Origin: an uncultured Flavonifractor sp.
Lineage (GTDB): Bacteria > Bacillota > Clostridia > Oscillospirales > Oscillospiraceae
Direction: 5' to 3'
Assembly (NCBI GenBank): GCA_963557075.1
Contig: CAUWDA010000007.1
Location: 2,082 to 66,081 of the forward strand
Length of the DNA stretch: 64,000 nucleotides
Shown here: one piece after another, positions 44,811-60,098 of the stretch
Position numbering within the stretch: position 1 is the stretch's first letter
Layout of the letters: each line of letters starts with the position of its first letter
Notes under the pieces: generated by a model
Databases searched by the model: none
Told to the model about the DNA's origin: nothing
The model's input: only the letters and a program-made list of their open reading frames with translations
Position numbers and translations under genes: made by a program

Positions 44811-46004
44811 ATGAGCGCGACTGGAGCGGTAGTGTTCCTGCCCCGGGAGGGGACCGGCCCGTCACGGATGCTGGAGGAGCTGCTCTTTGATCCGGCGGCC
44901 CTCTGGCTGGCCGAGGCGCTGGAGTCTGCCGGTGTGGAGCGGTTTTTTGTGGTCTGCCACAGCGACGACCGGGAGCGGGCCGAGACCTGTTTCCCTGCCG
45001 GAACGGAGTTCGTCACCGGAGTCACGGAGGACGCTCTGGACCAGCTGATGGCCTTTCTGGAGCAGCTGGAGGGGAAGGTGCTGGTACTCACCCGGCCCGT
45101 GCTCCTCTCCTGGCAGAGCGCACGGCAGCTGACGGATGACAACTGCGTCGGCCCGCTGGACAACAAAGAGACCGGCGTGTGCCGCGTGGACGCGGCCCTT
45201 CTGGCCCGGTCCCTGGCCGACGGAAGCGGCCTGGAAGAGGCGCTGAGGGAGAACGCCGACAAGCTGGGCGGGCGGAGCATCTGGTACCAGAACGCCGCCG
45301 TGCTCAGAAGCGGCCCGGAGGGCCGGGTGGAGGCGGAGCTCACCGCCCGCAACTACGGCGCCTACCGTCTGCTGGAGGGCGGTGCGCGGCTGATGGACCC
45401 CAACAGCTGCTATGTGGGGCCCCGGGTAAAGGTGGGGGCGGGTACGGTGCTCCTGCCCGGCACCATCCTGCGGGGGGAGACCGCCATCGGTCAAAACTGC
45501 GAGATCGGTCCCAACACGATGATCCGGGACTGCACCGTGGCTGACGACGTGGTGGTCAACGCCTCCCAGCTCAATGAGAGCACCGTGGACAGCGGGGCCA
45601 GGATCGGCCCCTTCGCCTACCTCCGCCCCAACTGCCATGTGGGGGCCAACGTAAAGGTGGGCGACTTTGTGGAGCTGAAGAACTCCACTGTGGGGGACGG
45701 CACCAAGATCTCCCACCTGACCTATGTGGGGGACTCCGACGTGGGCTGCCGGGTCAATTTCGGCTGCGGCACCGTCACCGTCAACTACGACGGCATCAGC
45801 AAGTACCGCACCACCATCGGGGATGACGCCTTCATCGGCTGCAACACCAATCTGGTGGCTCCGGTGCGGGTGGGGGACGGGGCCTATACCGCCGCCGGTG
45901 CCACCATCACCGACGACGTCCCCGCCGACTCTCTGGCCATCGCCCGGCCCCGCCAGACGGTGAAAAAGCAGTGGGCTGCCCGCCGCCGGGCCAGAAGAAA
46001 GTGA
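44811..46004 (+). CDS. glmU: GlmU homolog: intact acetyltransferase, degenerate uridyltransferase domain
   Basis: GPFAYLRP, HLTYVGD, NYDG, IGCNTNLVAPV; followed by prs-pth; N-terminal LAAGxGTRM absent. Confidence 0.8.
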   Translation: MSATGAVVFLPREGTGPSRMLEELLFDPAALWLAEALESAGVERFFVVCHSDDRERAETCFPAGTEFVTGVTEDALDQLMAFLEQLEGKVLVLTRPVLLSWQSARQLTDDNCVGPLDNKETGVCRVDAALLARSLADGSGLEEALRENADKLGGRSIWYQNAAVLRSGPEGRVEAELTARNYGAYRLLEGGARLMDPNSCYVGPRVKVGAGTVLLPGTILRGETAIGQNCEIGPNTMIRDCTVADDVVVNASQLNESTVDSGARIGPFAYLRPNCHVGANVKVGDFVELKNSTVGDGTKISHLTYVGDSDVGCRVNFGCGTVTVNYDGISKYRTTIGDDAFIGCNTNLVAPVRVGDGAYTAAGATITDDVPADSLAIARPRQTVKKQWAARRRARRK

Positions 46005-46098
46005 ACCCGTCCCCCGGCGGGGGGACATAAAATAACTCCTGATCTGCATCAACAAGACAGAGAACACGAATTTATGTATGTGAGAGGATGTTTACACA

Positions 46099-47058
<960 letters not shown>

Positions 47059-47081
47059 TGAAAATCTGACCATACCATCAG

Positions 47082-47105
47082 GTAGGGCGGGGGCTTGCCC
47101 CCGCC
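47082..47105 (+). repeat. Single GTAG REP-like palindrome
   Basis: gtagggcgggggcttgcccccgcc. Confidence 0.5.
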
Positions 47106-47128
47106 TTTGCCTGTTTTAAGGAGTCCTT

Positions 47129-47725
47129 ATGTTTTTCAACAAAAATCGAACCTCCGGCGTGGAGTGGCTGGTGGTGGGCCTGGGCAACCCCGGGGACAAG
47201 TACGAGAACACCCGGCACAACGTGGGGTTCCTCACCATCGACCATATTGCCGATGAGGCGCGGGTGCCGGTGCAGAAGCTGAAGTACCGGGCCCTTACCA
47301 ACACGGTGGAGCTGGGGGGCGCCAAGGTGCTGCTCATGAAGCCGGTGACCTATATGAACCTGTCCGGCGAGGCGGTGGGGGAAGCCGCCCGGTTTTATAA
47401 GATCCCCGCCGACCATGTGGTGGTCATCTCCGACGATGTGTCCCTGCCCATCGGCAAGCTGCGCATCCGCAAGGGGGGCTCCGCCGGCGGGCACAACGGC
47501 CTGAAAAATATCATCCAGCACCTGGGTACCGATCAGTTCCCCCGGGTGAAGGTGGGCGTGGGAGAGAAGCCCCACCCCGATTACGACATGGCCGACTGGG
47601 TGCTCTCCAAGTTTACGGGGGAGGACCTGAAGACCATCACCGCCGCCACCGAGAAGGCGGGCAAGGCGGTGGAGTGCCTCATTGCCGAGGGGCCCGACAA
47701 GGCCATGAACAAGTTCAACGGCTGA
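47129..47725 (+). CDS. pth: Peptidyl-tRNA hydrolase
   Basis: VGLGNPG..Y..TRHNVGF, YMNLSG, GGHNGLK. Confidence 0.96.
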   Translation: MFFNKNRTSGVEWLVVGLGNPGDKYENTRHNVGFLTIDHIADEARVPVQKLKYRALTNTVELGGAKVLLMKPVTYMNLSGEAVGEAARFYKIPADHVVVISDDVSLPIGKLRIRKGGSAGGHNGLKNIIQHLGTDQFPRVKVGVGEKPHPDYDMADWVLSKFTGEDLKTITAATEKAGKAVECLIAEGPDKAMNKFNG

Positions 47726-47736
47726 GGAAAAGAACC

Positions 47737-48192
47737 ATGATAACACTTCGTAAAATTGATCGAAGTAATTACATGAATTGCATCTGTCTGAAGGTGAGAG
47801 AGGACCAGGCCGGCTTTGTGGCAGATAACGCCCGCTCTTTGGTGGAGGCCCGGTTTGAAGAGGGCCTGTATACCCGGGCCGTCTATTCTGACGATACCAT
47901 GGTGGGTTTTGTTCTGTTTGACTATGACCCCGAAATTCCGGGCTGGTGTATGAGCCGGTTTATGATCGGCGCACAGTATCAGGGACAGGGGCTGGGCAAA
48001 GAGGCGGTGCTCCGTTTCCTGGAGTTCATGCGAGAGGAAATGAAGGTGGAGGAACTCTACCTCCATGTGGAGCAGGAAAACACCCGGGCCTATGCGCTGT
48101 ACGAAAAGCTGGGGTTCCGGACGGTGGGAGAGATTCAGTATACCTTTGACGGAACCCCCTACCGGGAGCGGCGCATGATGCGCCGGCTTTAA
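47737..48192 (+). CDS. GNAT acetyltransferase (spermidine acetyltransferase-like)
   Basis: YQGQGLGK, N..AYALYEKLGF. Confidence 0.85.
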   Translation: MITLRKIDRSNYMNCICLKVREDQAGFVADNARSLVEARFEEGLYTRAVYSDDTMVGFVLFDYDPEIPGWCMSRFMIGAQYQGQGLGKEAVLRFLEFMREEMKVEELYLHVEQENTRAYALYEKLGFRTVGEIQYTFDGTPYRERRMMRRL

Positions 48193-48314
48193 ACCCGAGG
48201 GCGGCTGTTGCCAAATCGTAACTTGCAATTCCCACTGGGGATGCTAGGATAAAAGGAGCGGGCGTGCCCGCTCCTTTTTCGCAGGGGGCACGCCGGATCT
48301 AGGAGGTGGTCTCC

Positions 48315-49145
48315 ATGGCGGGACGCAGGCTGTTTTGCCAGTACGGCCCGGTGTGTTACCGGATCTCCCTGTGGAAAGAGGGGGGACGCAAGGCGCTGGC
48401 CGACCGGCGGGCCGGGGCGCGCTGGGCGGAGTGCCGGGGGGAGGAGGGGCTGCCCGTGCTCCTCAAGGGGCACCGCTCCCCGGTGCTCCGGCGGCTGACC
48501 GGAGTGGATATGGACCTGCAGCGCAGCAAGCGGACCAATCTGGCCCTGGCCGCCGCCTGTATCGACGGGGTGGTGGTGGAGCCGGGGGAGAGCTTCTCCT
48601 TCTGGCGCCTGGTGGGCAAGCCCACTGCCCGGAAGGGCTATCAGGACGGACTTACCATCGCCAGCGGGAACCTGGGCCGGGCGGTGGGGGGCGGACTGTG
48701 CCAGCTGGCCAACCTGATCCACTATCTGGTGCTTCACAGCCCCCTCACCGTCACCGAGCTGCACCACCACTCGGACGCCCTCTTTCCCGACGACCGCCGC
48801 CGGGTGCCCTTCGGCACCGGCACCTCCATTTTTTATCCCCATGTGGATTACCGCTTCCGCAACGACACCGACCAGCCGGTCCAGCTGCGGGTGTGGCTGG
48901 ACGAGGACGACCTGTGCGGTGAGCTGCGGGGGACGGCCCTCTTCCCCCTGCGCTACCGGCTGCGGGAGGAGGGGAGCGGCTATGTCCGGGAGGGAGAAGA
49001 ATACTACCGGGTGAGCCAGGTCTACCGCATTGCCTGCGACCGGGCCACGGGCGCGGAAGTGGGGCGGGAGCTGCTGCTGGACAACCACTCCAAGGTACTC
49101 TTTGATCCCGCCCTCATCCCGGCGGATCAGATGTTACCGCGCTGA
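48315..49145 (+). CDS. VanW-family protein
   Basis: NL.LAA..IDG.VVEPGESFSFW, GGGLCQ, DYRFRNDT; size and layout as recalled for VanB-cluster VanW. Confidence 0.85.
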   Translation: MAGRRLFCQYGPVCYRISLWKEGGRKALADRRAGARWAECRGEEGLPVLLKGHRSPVLRRLTGVDMDLQRSKRTNLALAAACIDGVVVEPGESFSFWRLVGKPTARKGYQDGLTIASGNLGRAVGGGLCQLANLIHYLVLHSPLTVTELHHHSDALFPDDRRRVPFGTGTSIFYPHVDYRFRNDTDQPVQLRVWLDEDDLCGELRGTALFPLRYRLREEGSGYVREGEEYYRVSQVYRIACDRATGAEVGRELLLDNHSKVLFDPALIPADQMLPR

Positions 49146-49157
49146 AAGGAGCCCGCT

Positions 49158-50501
49158 ATGCTGCTGGAACGAATCAAGGCCCACAGTGCCGCCCTGGGCG
49201 ACCGGCCCGCCCTGACGGCGGGGGAGAAGGTGATCCGCTGGGGAGAGCTGTGGCCCATGGCCCAGGGCCTGGCGGCCAAACTGCGGGAGCAGGGGACCGG
49301 CCCGGTGGCCCTCGTGGGGGACCCGGCCGAGGTCTGGGTGCCGGTGGCCTTTGTAGCCTGCCTGCTGGCGGGGCGGCCCTACCTGCCCCTGGACCCCCTG
49401 CTGCCCCCGGCGGGACAGCGGGAGCTGCTGGAGCAGGCGGGGGCGGTCCTGCTGGACCGGCAGACGGCGGAGGAGGGCTTTTCCTCCGGATTGTCCTGCC
49501 CGCCGTCCGACGACCCTCACCGCATCGCCTATCAGATCTTTACCTCGGGCAGCACCGGCCGGCCCAAGGAGGTGGCGGTGAGCCTGGGCAATCTGGAGCA
49601 CTTTCTCCGGTGGGCCTCCGCCCTGCCGGAGATCGCCGCCGTCCTGGGCGGGACGGCGGTGGGTCAGGCCGCCTGGTCCTTTGACCTGTCGGTGGCTGAC
49701 CTCTATCTGTCTCTGCTGGGGGGCGGCACCCACGTGGCCCTCACCGGAGAGGAAAAGGAGAACTTTGCCGCCCTGTTCCGCCGGTTGGAGGCCAGCGAAG
49801 TGTCCCTGCTGGTGGCCACCCCCTCCTTTTTGCGGCTGTGCCTGATGGAACCCTCCTTCGGGCCCGACCGGCTGCCCCGGCTGCGGACGGTCCTTTCCTG
49901 CGGAGAGGTGCTGCCCCCCGCCGCCGCCCGGCGGCTGCTGGAGCGGTTTCCCGGTGTGGCGCTCCTCAATGCCTACGGCCCCACCGAGGCCACCTGCGCC
50001 GTGTGCGCCGTCCCTATTTCCCGGGAGATGTGCGCCGGACCCCTGCCCATCGGCGTGGTTGGGGAAGGGGCTGTGGATATCTCCCTGGAGGAGGGGGAGA
50101 TCGTCCTCACCGGAGCCAGTGTCTCTCCCCGGTTTGGGGGAAAGCATTCCACAGGGGACCTTGGCTATGTGGAAAACGGACTGCTCTACTGGGCGGGGCG
50201 GCGGGATCTTCAGCTGAAGTACAAGGGGTACCGGCTGGAGCCCGCCCGCATCGAGGGGGTGCTGGAGGCCCTGCCCCAGGTGGAGCGGGCGGCGGTGCTT
50301 CCCCGGCGGGACGGGGCGGGACAGGTGAAGGGCCTGACCGCCTTCGTGGAGGGGGCCGGGCTGGAGCCGGAAAAGCTGGCTCAGGCCCTGGCGGATCGGC
50401 TGCCCCCCTACCAGATCCCCGGCCAGTGGCGGCTGCTGGACCGGATGCCCCTGACGCCCAATGGAAAATGCGACCGGAAACGGCTGGAGGAGATGTTATG
50501 A
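49158..50501 (+). CDS. DltA-like adenylation enzyme (D-alanine--carrier protein ligase-like)
   Basis: FTSGSTGRPK, SFDLSV, SCGEVL, YGPTEAT, TGDLG, KYKGYRLE, NGKCDRK. Confidence 0.8.
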   Translation: MLLERIKAHSAALGDRPALTAGEKVIRWGELWPMAQGLAAKLREQGTGPVALVGDPAEVWVPVAFVACLLAGRPYLPLDPLLPPAGQRELLEQAGAVLLDRQTAEEGFSSGLSCPPSDDPHRIAYQIFTSGSTGRPKEVAVSLGNLEHFLRWASALPEIAAVLGGTAVGQAAWSFDLSVADLYLSLLGGGTHVALTGEEKENFAALFRRLEASEVSLLVATPSFLRLCLMEPSFGPDRLPRLRTVLSCGEVLPPAAARRLLERFPGVALLNAYGPTEATCAVCAVPISREMCAGPLPIGVVGEGAVDISLEEGEIVLTGASVSPRFGGKHSTGDLGYVENGLLYWAGRRDLQLKYKGYRLEPARIEGVLEALPQVERAAVLPRRDGAGQVKGLTAFVEGAGLEPEKLAQALADRLPPYQIPGQWRLLDRMPLTPNGKCDRKRLEEML

Positions 50502-50743
50502 TGATCGGAGACGATGCGATCCGGGACCTGCTGGTGCAGGTCTGCGGCACCCGGGAGGCCCTCCGCCCCGGAGCCGACCTGCTGGAGGAGGGCATATTGG
50601 ACTCCCTGGCCCTCATCGACCTGCTGGAGGGGCTGGAGGATCTGGGTATCCTGCTCCAGCCGACCCGGGTCCCCAGGGACGCATTTCGCACGGTGGAGGG
50701 CATTCTGGCCCTCTGCCGGCAGGCGGAGGGGGCCGCTCCATAA
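50498..50743 (+). CDS. DltC-like acyl carrier protein
   Basis: LLEEGILDSLA phosphopantetheine motif; ATGA overlap with the dltA-like gene. Confidence 0.8.
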   Translation: MMIGDDAIRDLLVQVCGTREALRPGADLLEEGILDSLALIDLLEGLEDLGILLQPTRVPRDAFRTVEGILALCRQAEGAAP

Positions 50744-50812
50744 GGCGGGTTCCGGCTCAGGAGTATGATGTGCCTGCGGGCTCCGAATTTTTCGATATGA
50801 TTGAGGTGTACC

Positions 50813-54328
<3,516 letters not shown>

Positions 54329-54529
54329 GGCCCGGTCCTGCCTGCTCCGGCGCCGCCGGGAAAGCGGCGTCCGGCTGCCGGAAGAGGCGCGCCGTTGGCG
54401 GGAAGCCGGGGCAATTTGTTCACAATTTCCTCTTTTTTCTTACACACGCTTATGCTATACTAATAAACTGAATCAATGTGAAACGACCGCGTTGTGCGCG
54501 GCAGAAGATCAGAAAGGTGAATCAATCAC

Positions 54530-57277
<2,748 letters not shown>

Positions 57278-57461
57278 TGATCTTCCAGGGGGCCGGAGGC
57301 GCCCCCGGCGCCTCCGGCCCCCTGGATAGAAAACCGCCGCGCCGCTCTGCGGCACAGCGGTTTTGATACCCCCGGTTTCGTGCCCCGCGGCGCGGGTCGT
57401 GGTGTTTTTCCGAAAAATGAATTTCCGGAAAGCAGATTTCGATTTCCGGATGGAGGGCCCC

Positions 57462-58274
57462 ATGAATATCATTGAACACAACAAAAACGGCCTGCTCTAC
57501 CTGGCTGCCGACGGATTTGAAGCCGCCGGCGGGGCGGTCCACGGCTTTTCCACCCGGCTGGGAGGCGTGTCCGAGGGGATCTACGCCTCGCTCAACCTGG
57601 GCATGAACCGGGGGGACGAGCCGGACCGTGTGGCGGAGAATTACCGCCGCTTCTGCGCCGCCATCGGGGCCGACATCCGGCAGGTGGTGTGCGCCAGCCA
57701 GGTCCATGGGGACACGGTGCGCTCCGTCACCTCCGCCGACCTGGGCATCGGGCTGGACCAGCCGGAGCCCTGGCAGGCCGACGGCCTGATCACCGATATC
57801 CCCGGTGTGGTGCTCACGGTCTTTACCGCCGACTGCCTGCCCATCCTGCTCTACGACCCGGTGCGCCGGGTGGCGGGCGCGGTCCACGCCGGCTGGCGGG
57901 GCACTGCCCTGGGCATTGCCGCCAAGGCGGTGGAGCGGATGGTGGACTGCTACGGCTGCGACCGGCTGGACATCCTGGCCGCCATCGGCCCCGGCATCTC
58001 CAAGTGCTGCTTTGAGACCCATGAGGACGTGCCCAACGCCATGACAGAGGCCATGGGGGCCTCTGCGCTCCACTGCATTGAGGTGCTGCCAACCGGCAAG
58101 TTCCATGTGGACCTGAAAGGCCTCAATGCCAAACGGCTGGAGAGCGCCGGGCTGGACCCGGACCACATTGCCGTGTCCGCTGACTGCACCGCCTGCCTGC
58201 CGGAGAAATACTGGTCCCACAGGATCACCCACGGCGAACGCGGCAGTCAGGCTGCTATGATTTGCTTGACCTAA
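57462..58274 (+). CDS. pgeF: Peptidoglycan editing factor / purine nucleoside phosphorylase (YfiH family)
   Basis: FSTRLGG, QVHG, TADCLP, HAGWRG, IGPGI..CCF, CT.C..YWSHR. Confidence 0.9.
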   Translation: MNIIEHNKNGLLYLAADGFEAAGGAVHGFSTRLGGVSEGIYASLNLGMNRGDEPDRVAENYRRFCAAIGADIRQVVCASQVHGDTVRSVTSADLGIGLDQPEPWQADGLITDIPGVVLTVFTADCLPILLYDPVRRVAGAVHAGWRGTALGIAAKAVERMVDCYGCDRLDILAAIGPGISKCCFETHEDVPNAMTEAMGASALHCIEVLPTGKFHVDLKGLNAKRLESAGLDPDHIAVSADCTACLPEKYWSHRITHGERGSQAAMICLT

Positions 58275-58288
58275 CCGAACACAGGGGC

Positions 58289-58340
58289 GGGCGATTGGTA
58301 ATCGTCCCTACAGACGTGTAGGGGCGGCTATCAGCCGCCC
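58289..58340. repeat. Divergent GTAG REP-like pair
   Basis: gggcgattggtaatcgtccctac + gtaggggcggctatcagccgccc, near-identical to 927-995. Confidence 0.75.
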
Positions 58341-58400
58341 GCCTTTTCCATCTTCCGGAAAGATATTTTTATGTCGCAAACATACAAGGAGGAGCTGCCC

Positions 58401-59945
58401 TTGAAGAAACAAACACGACTGCGCCTGGCGGCGCTGGGGGCGGCCCTCTGCCTGACCCTGACGGGCTGCGCCGGCGGGCCGGAGCCGGCGGTCACAGAAT
58501 CCTCCCTTCCGGCAGAGAGCGCCGCACCCGCCGAGACCCGGCCCTTTGCCCTGGCCTGCTACCCGGATGCCGGCTTCCACCCCATCACCGGGACCAACCG
58601 CACCAACCTGACTCTGGCGGGGCTGACATACGAGGGGCTGTTTGCCCTGGATCAGCGGTTTGCGGTGGAACAGGTGCTGTGCGACCGCTACACCGTCTCG
58701 GCGGATGGGCTGACCTGGACCTTTACCCTGCGGCCCGGCGTCACCTTCTCTGACGGCAGCCCCCTCACCGGGGCGGAGGTGGCGGCCTCCCTGGAAAAAG
58801 CCAGGACCAGCGCCCTCTATGCCGCCCGCTTTGCGGAGATCGGCGCTATTACCGCCGGGGAGAGGACGGTGACCGTGGCCCTCACCCGGGCCAACGGCGA
58901 TCTGCCCGCTCTGCTGGACATCCCCATCGTCAAAGAGACCGGGGGCATCCCCCTGGGTACCGGGCCCTACGTCCTGACCGGCAGCGGGGACGAGCTGCGC
59001 CTTACCGCCAGCGCCAGCTGGTGGCGGGGGGAGCCGCTCCCCCTGGCGGAGATCTCCCTGCGGGCCATTCAGGAGGCGGACGACCTGATCCACGCCTTCG
59101 ACACCAAGGAGATCTCCCTGGTGACCACGGACCTGACCGCCACCAACTCCCTGGGCTTTTCCGGCTCCTACGATACGGTGGATTATCCTACCTCTGTGAT
59201 GGTGTATGTGGGGTTCAACACCGTCAGCGGTCCCTGCCGGGACGCCGGGGTGCGGCGGGCCCTGCTGCGGGCCTTTGACCGGGATTCCGTCTCCACCGCG
59301 CTCTTTTCCCGCCATGCTCAGCCTGCCGCCCTGCCGGTGTCACCCTCCAGCCCCCTGTATAAAGAGAACCTGGCAGAGGGGCTGAGTTACTCCTCCCAGG
59401 CGGTGGCGGACGCCTTGACTGAGGCGGGCTGGACCCGGACTGAGGGCGGCTGGGTCAGCGGACGGCAGACGCTCAGCCTGGAGCTGGTGGTCTCCGCCGA
59501 GAACCAGGACCGGGCGGCGGCGGCTCAGCACCTGGTGAACGGCCTGAACGACATGGGCATCCGGGCCACCCTCACCAAGCTGGACTGGGAGAGCTACCTG
59601 TCCGCCCTCCAGAAGGGGGACTTTGACCTCTATCTGGGAGAGGTTCGTCTCACCGGGGATTTTGACCTCACCCCTCTGATCGCCGCCGGAGGGTCCCTCA
59701 ACTATGGGGGATACAGCGACGCCAGGGCGGCCCAGCTTCTCCAGGCCTACCGGGGGTCCACCGGGCAGGGCCGGGATCTGAACGCCCAGTGGCTCTACCA
59801 GCGGCTGGCGGAGGAGCCCCCGTTTGCGGTGCTCTGCTTCAAAAACTGGTCGGTGCTCACCCAGTGGAACACCCTCTCCAACCTGATGTCCACCCAGCAA
59901 AATCTCTTTTTCCGCTTCTCCCAGTGGAAGATCGGTACGGAATAG
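58401..59945 (+). CDS. ABC substrate-binding lipoprotein, family 5 (peptide/nickel)
   Basis: Lipobox LTGC; WTFTLRPGVTFSDGSPLT; GTGPY; TTG start after AAGGAGG. Confidence 0.85.
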   Translation: MKKQTRLRLAALGAALCLTLTGCAGGPEPAVTESSLPAESAAPAETRPFALACYPDAGFHPITGTNRTNLTLAGLTYEGLFALDQRFAVEQVLCDRYTVSADGLTWTFTLRPGVTFSDGSPLTGAEVAASLEKARTSALYAARFAEIGAITAGERTVTVALTRANGDLPALLDIPIVKETGGIPLGTGPYVLTGSGDELRLTASASWWRGEPLPLAEISLRAIQEADDLIHAFDTKEISLVTTDLTATNSLGFSGSYDTVDYPTSVMVYVGFNTVSGPCRDAGVRRALLRAFDRDSVSTALFSRHAQPAALPVSPSSPLYKENLAEGLSYSSQAVADALTEAGWTRTEGGWVSGRQTLSLELVVSAENQDRAAAAQHLVNGLNDMGIRATLTKLDWESYLSALQKGDFDLYLGEVRLTGDFDLTPLIAAGGSLNYGGYSDARAAQLLQAYRGSTGQGRDLNAQWLYQRLAEEPPFAVLCFKNWSVLTQWNTLSNLMSTQQNLFFRFSQWKIGTE

Positions 59946-59949
59946 CGTG

Positions 59950-59983
59950 AAACGGCTCCCCCCAGCGGGGAGCCGCTTTTTTA
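59950..59983 (+). terminator. Intrinsic terminator
   Basis: cggctcccc/ggggagccg + TTTTTT. Confidence 0.7.
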
Positions 59984-60098
59984 TGCGGAGATGCGGCCCG
60001 CGCTTTTTCCGGCCCTGCCAGATTTCCCCCAAATCCGGGGGACAGGCCTGCTATACTGTGGGTAAAAACTGGAAGTCCAGAGGCGAGGAGCGGGGAGC

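Noticed and set aside
48315-49145. Vancomycin-resistance cluster
   Set aside because: There is no vanH/A/B/X/R/S; VanW alone is not known to confer resistance.
57410-57430. aaaaatgaatttccgg, resembling the reverse complement of the GGAATTCA core
   Set aside because: There is no gene-tail duplication, guide segment or terminal hairpin nearby; likely chance or heavily decayed.
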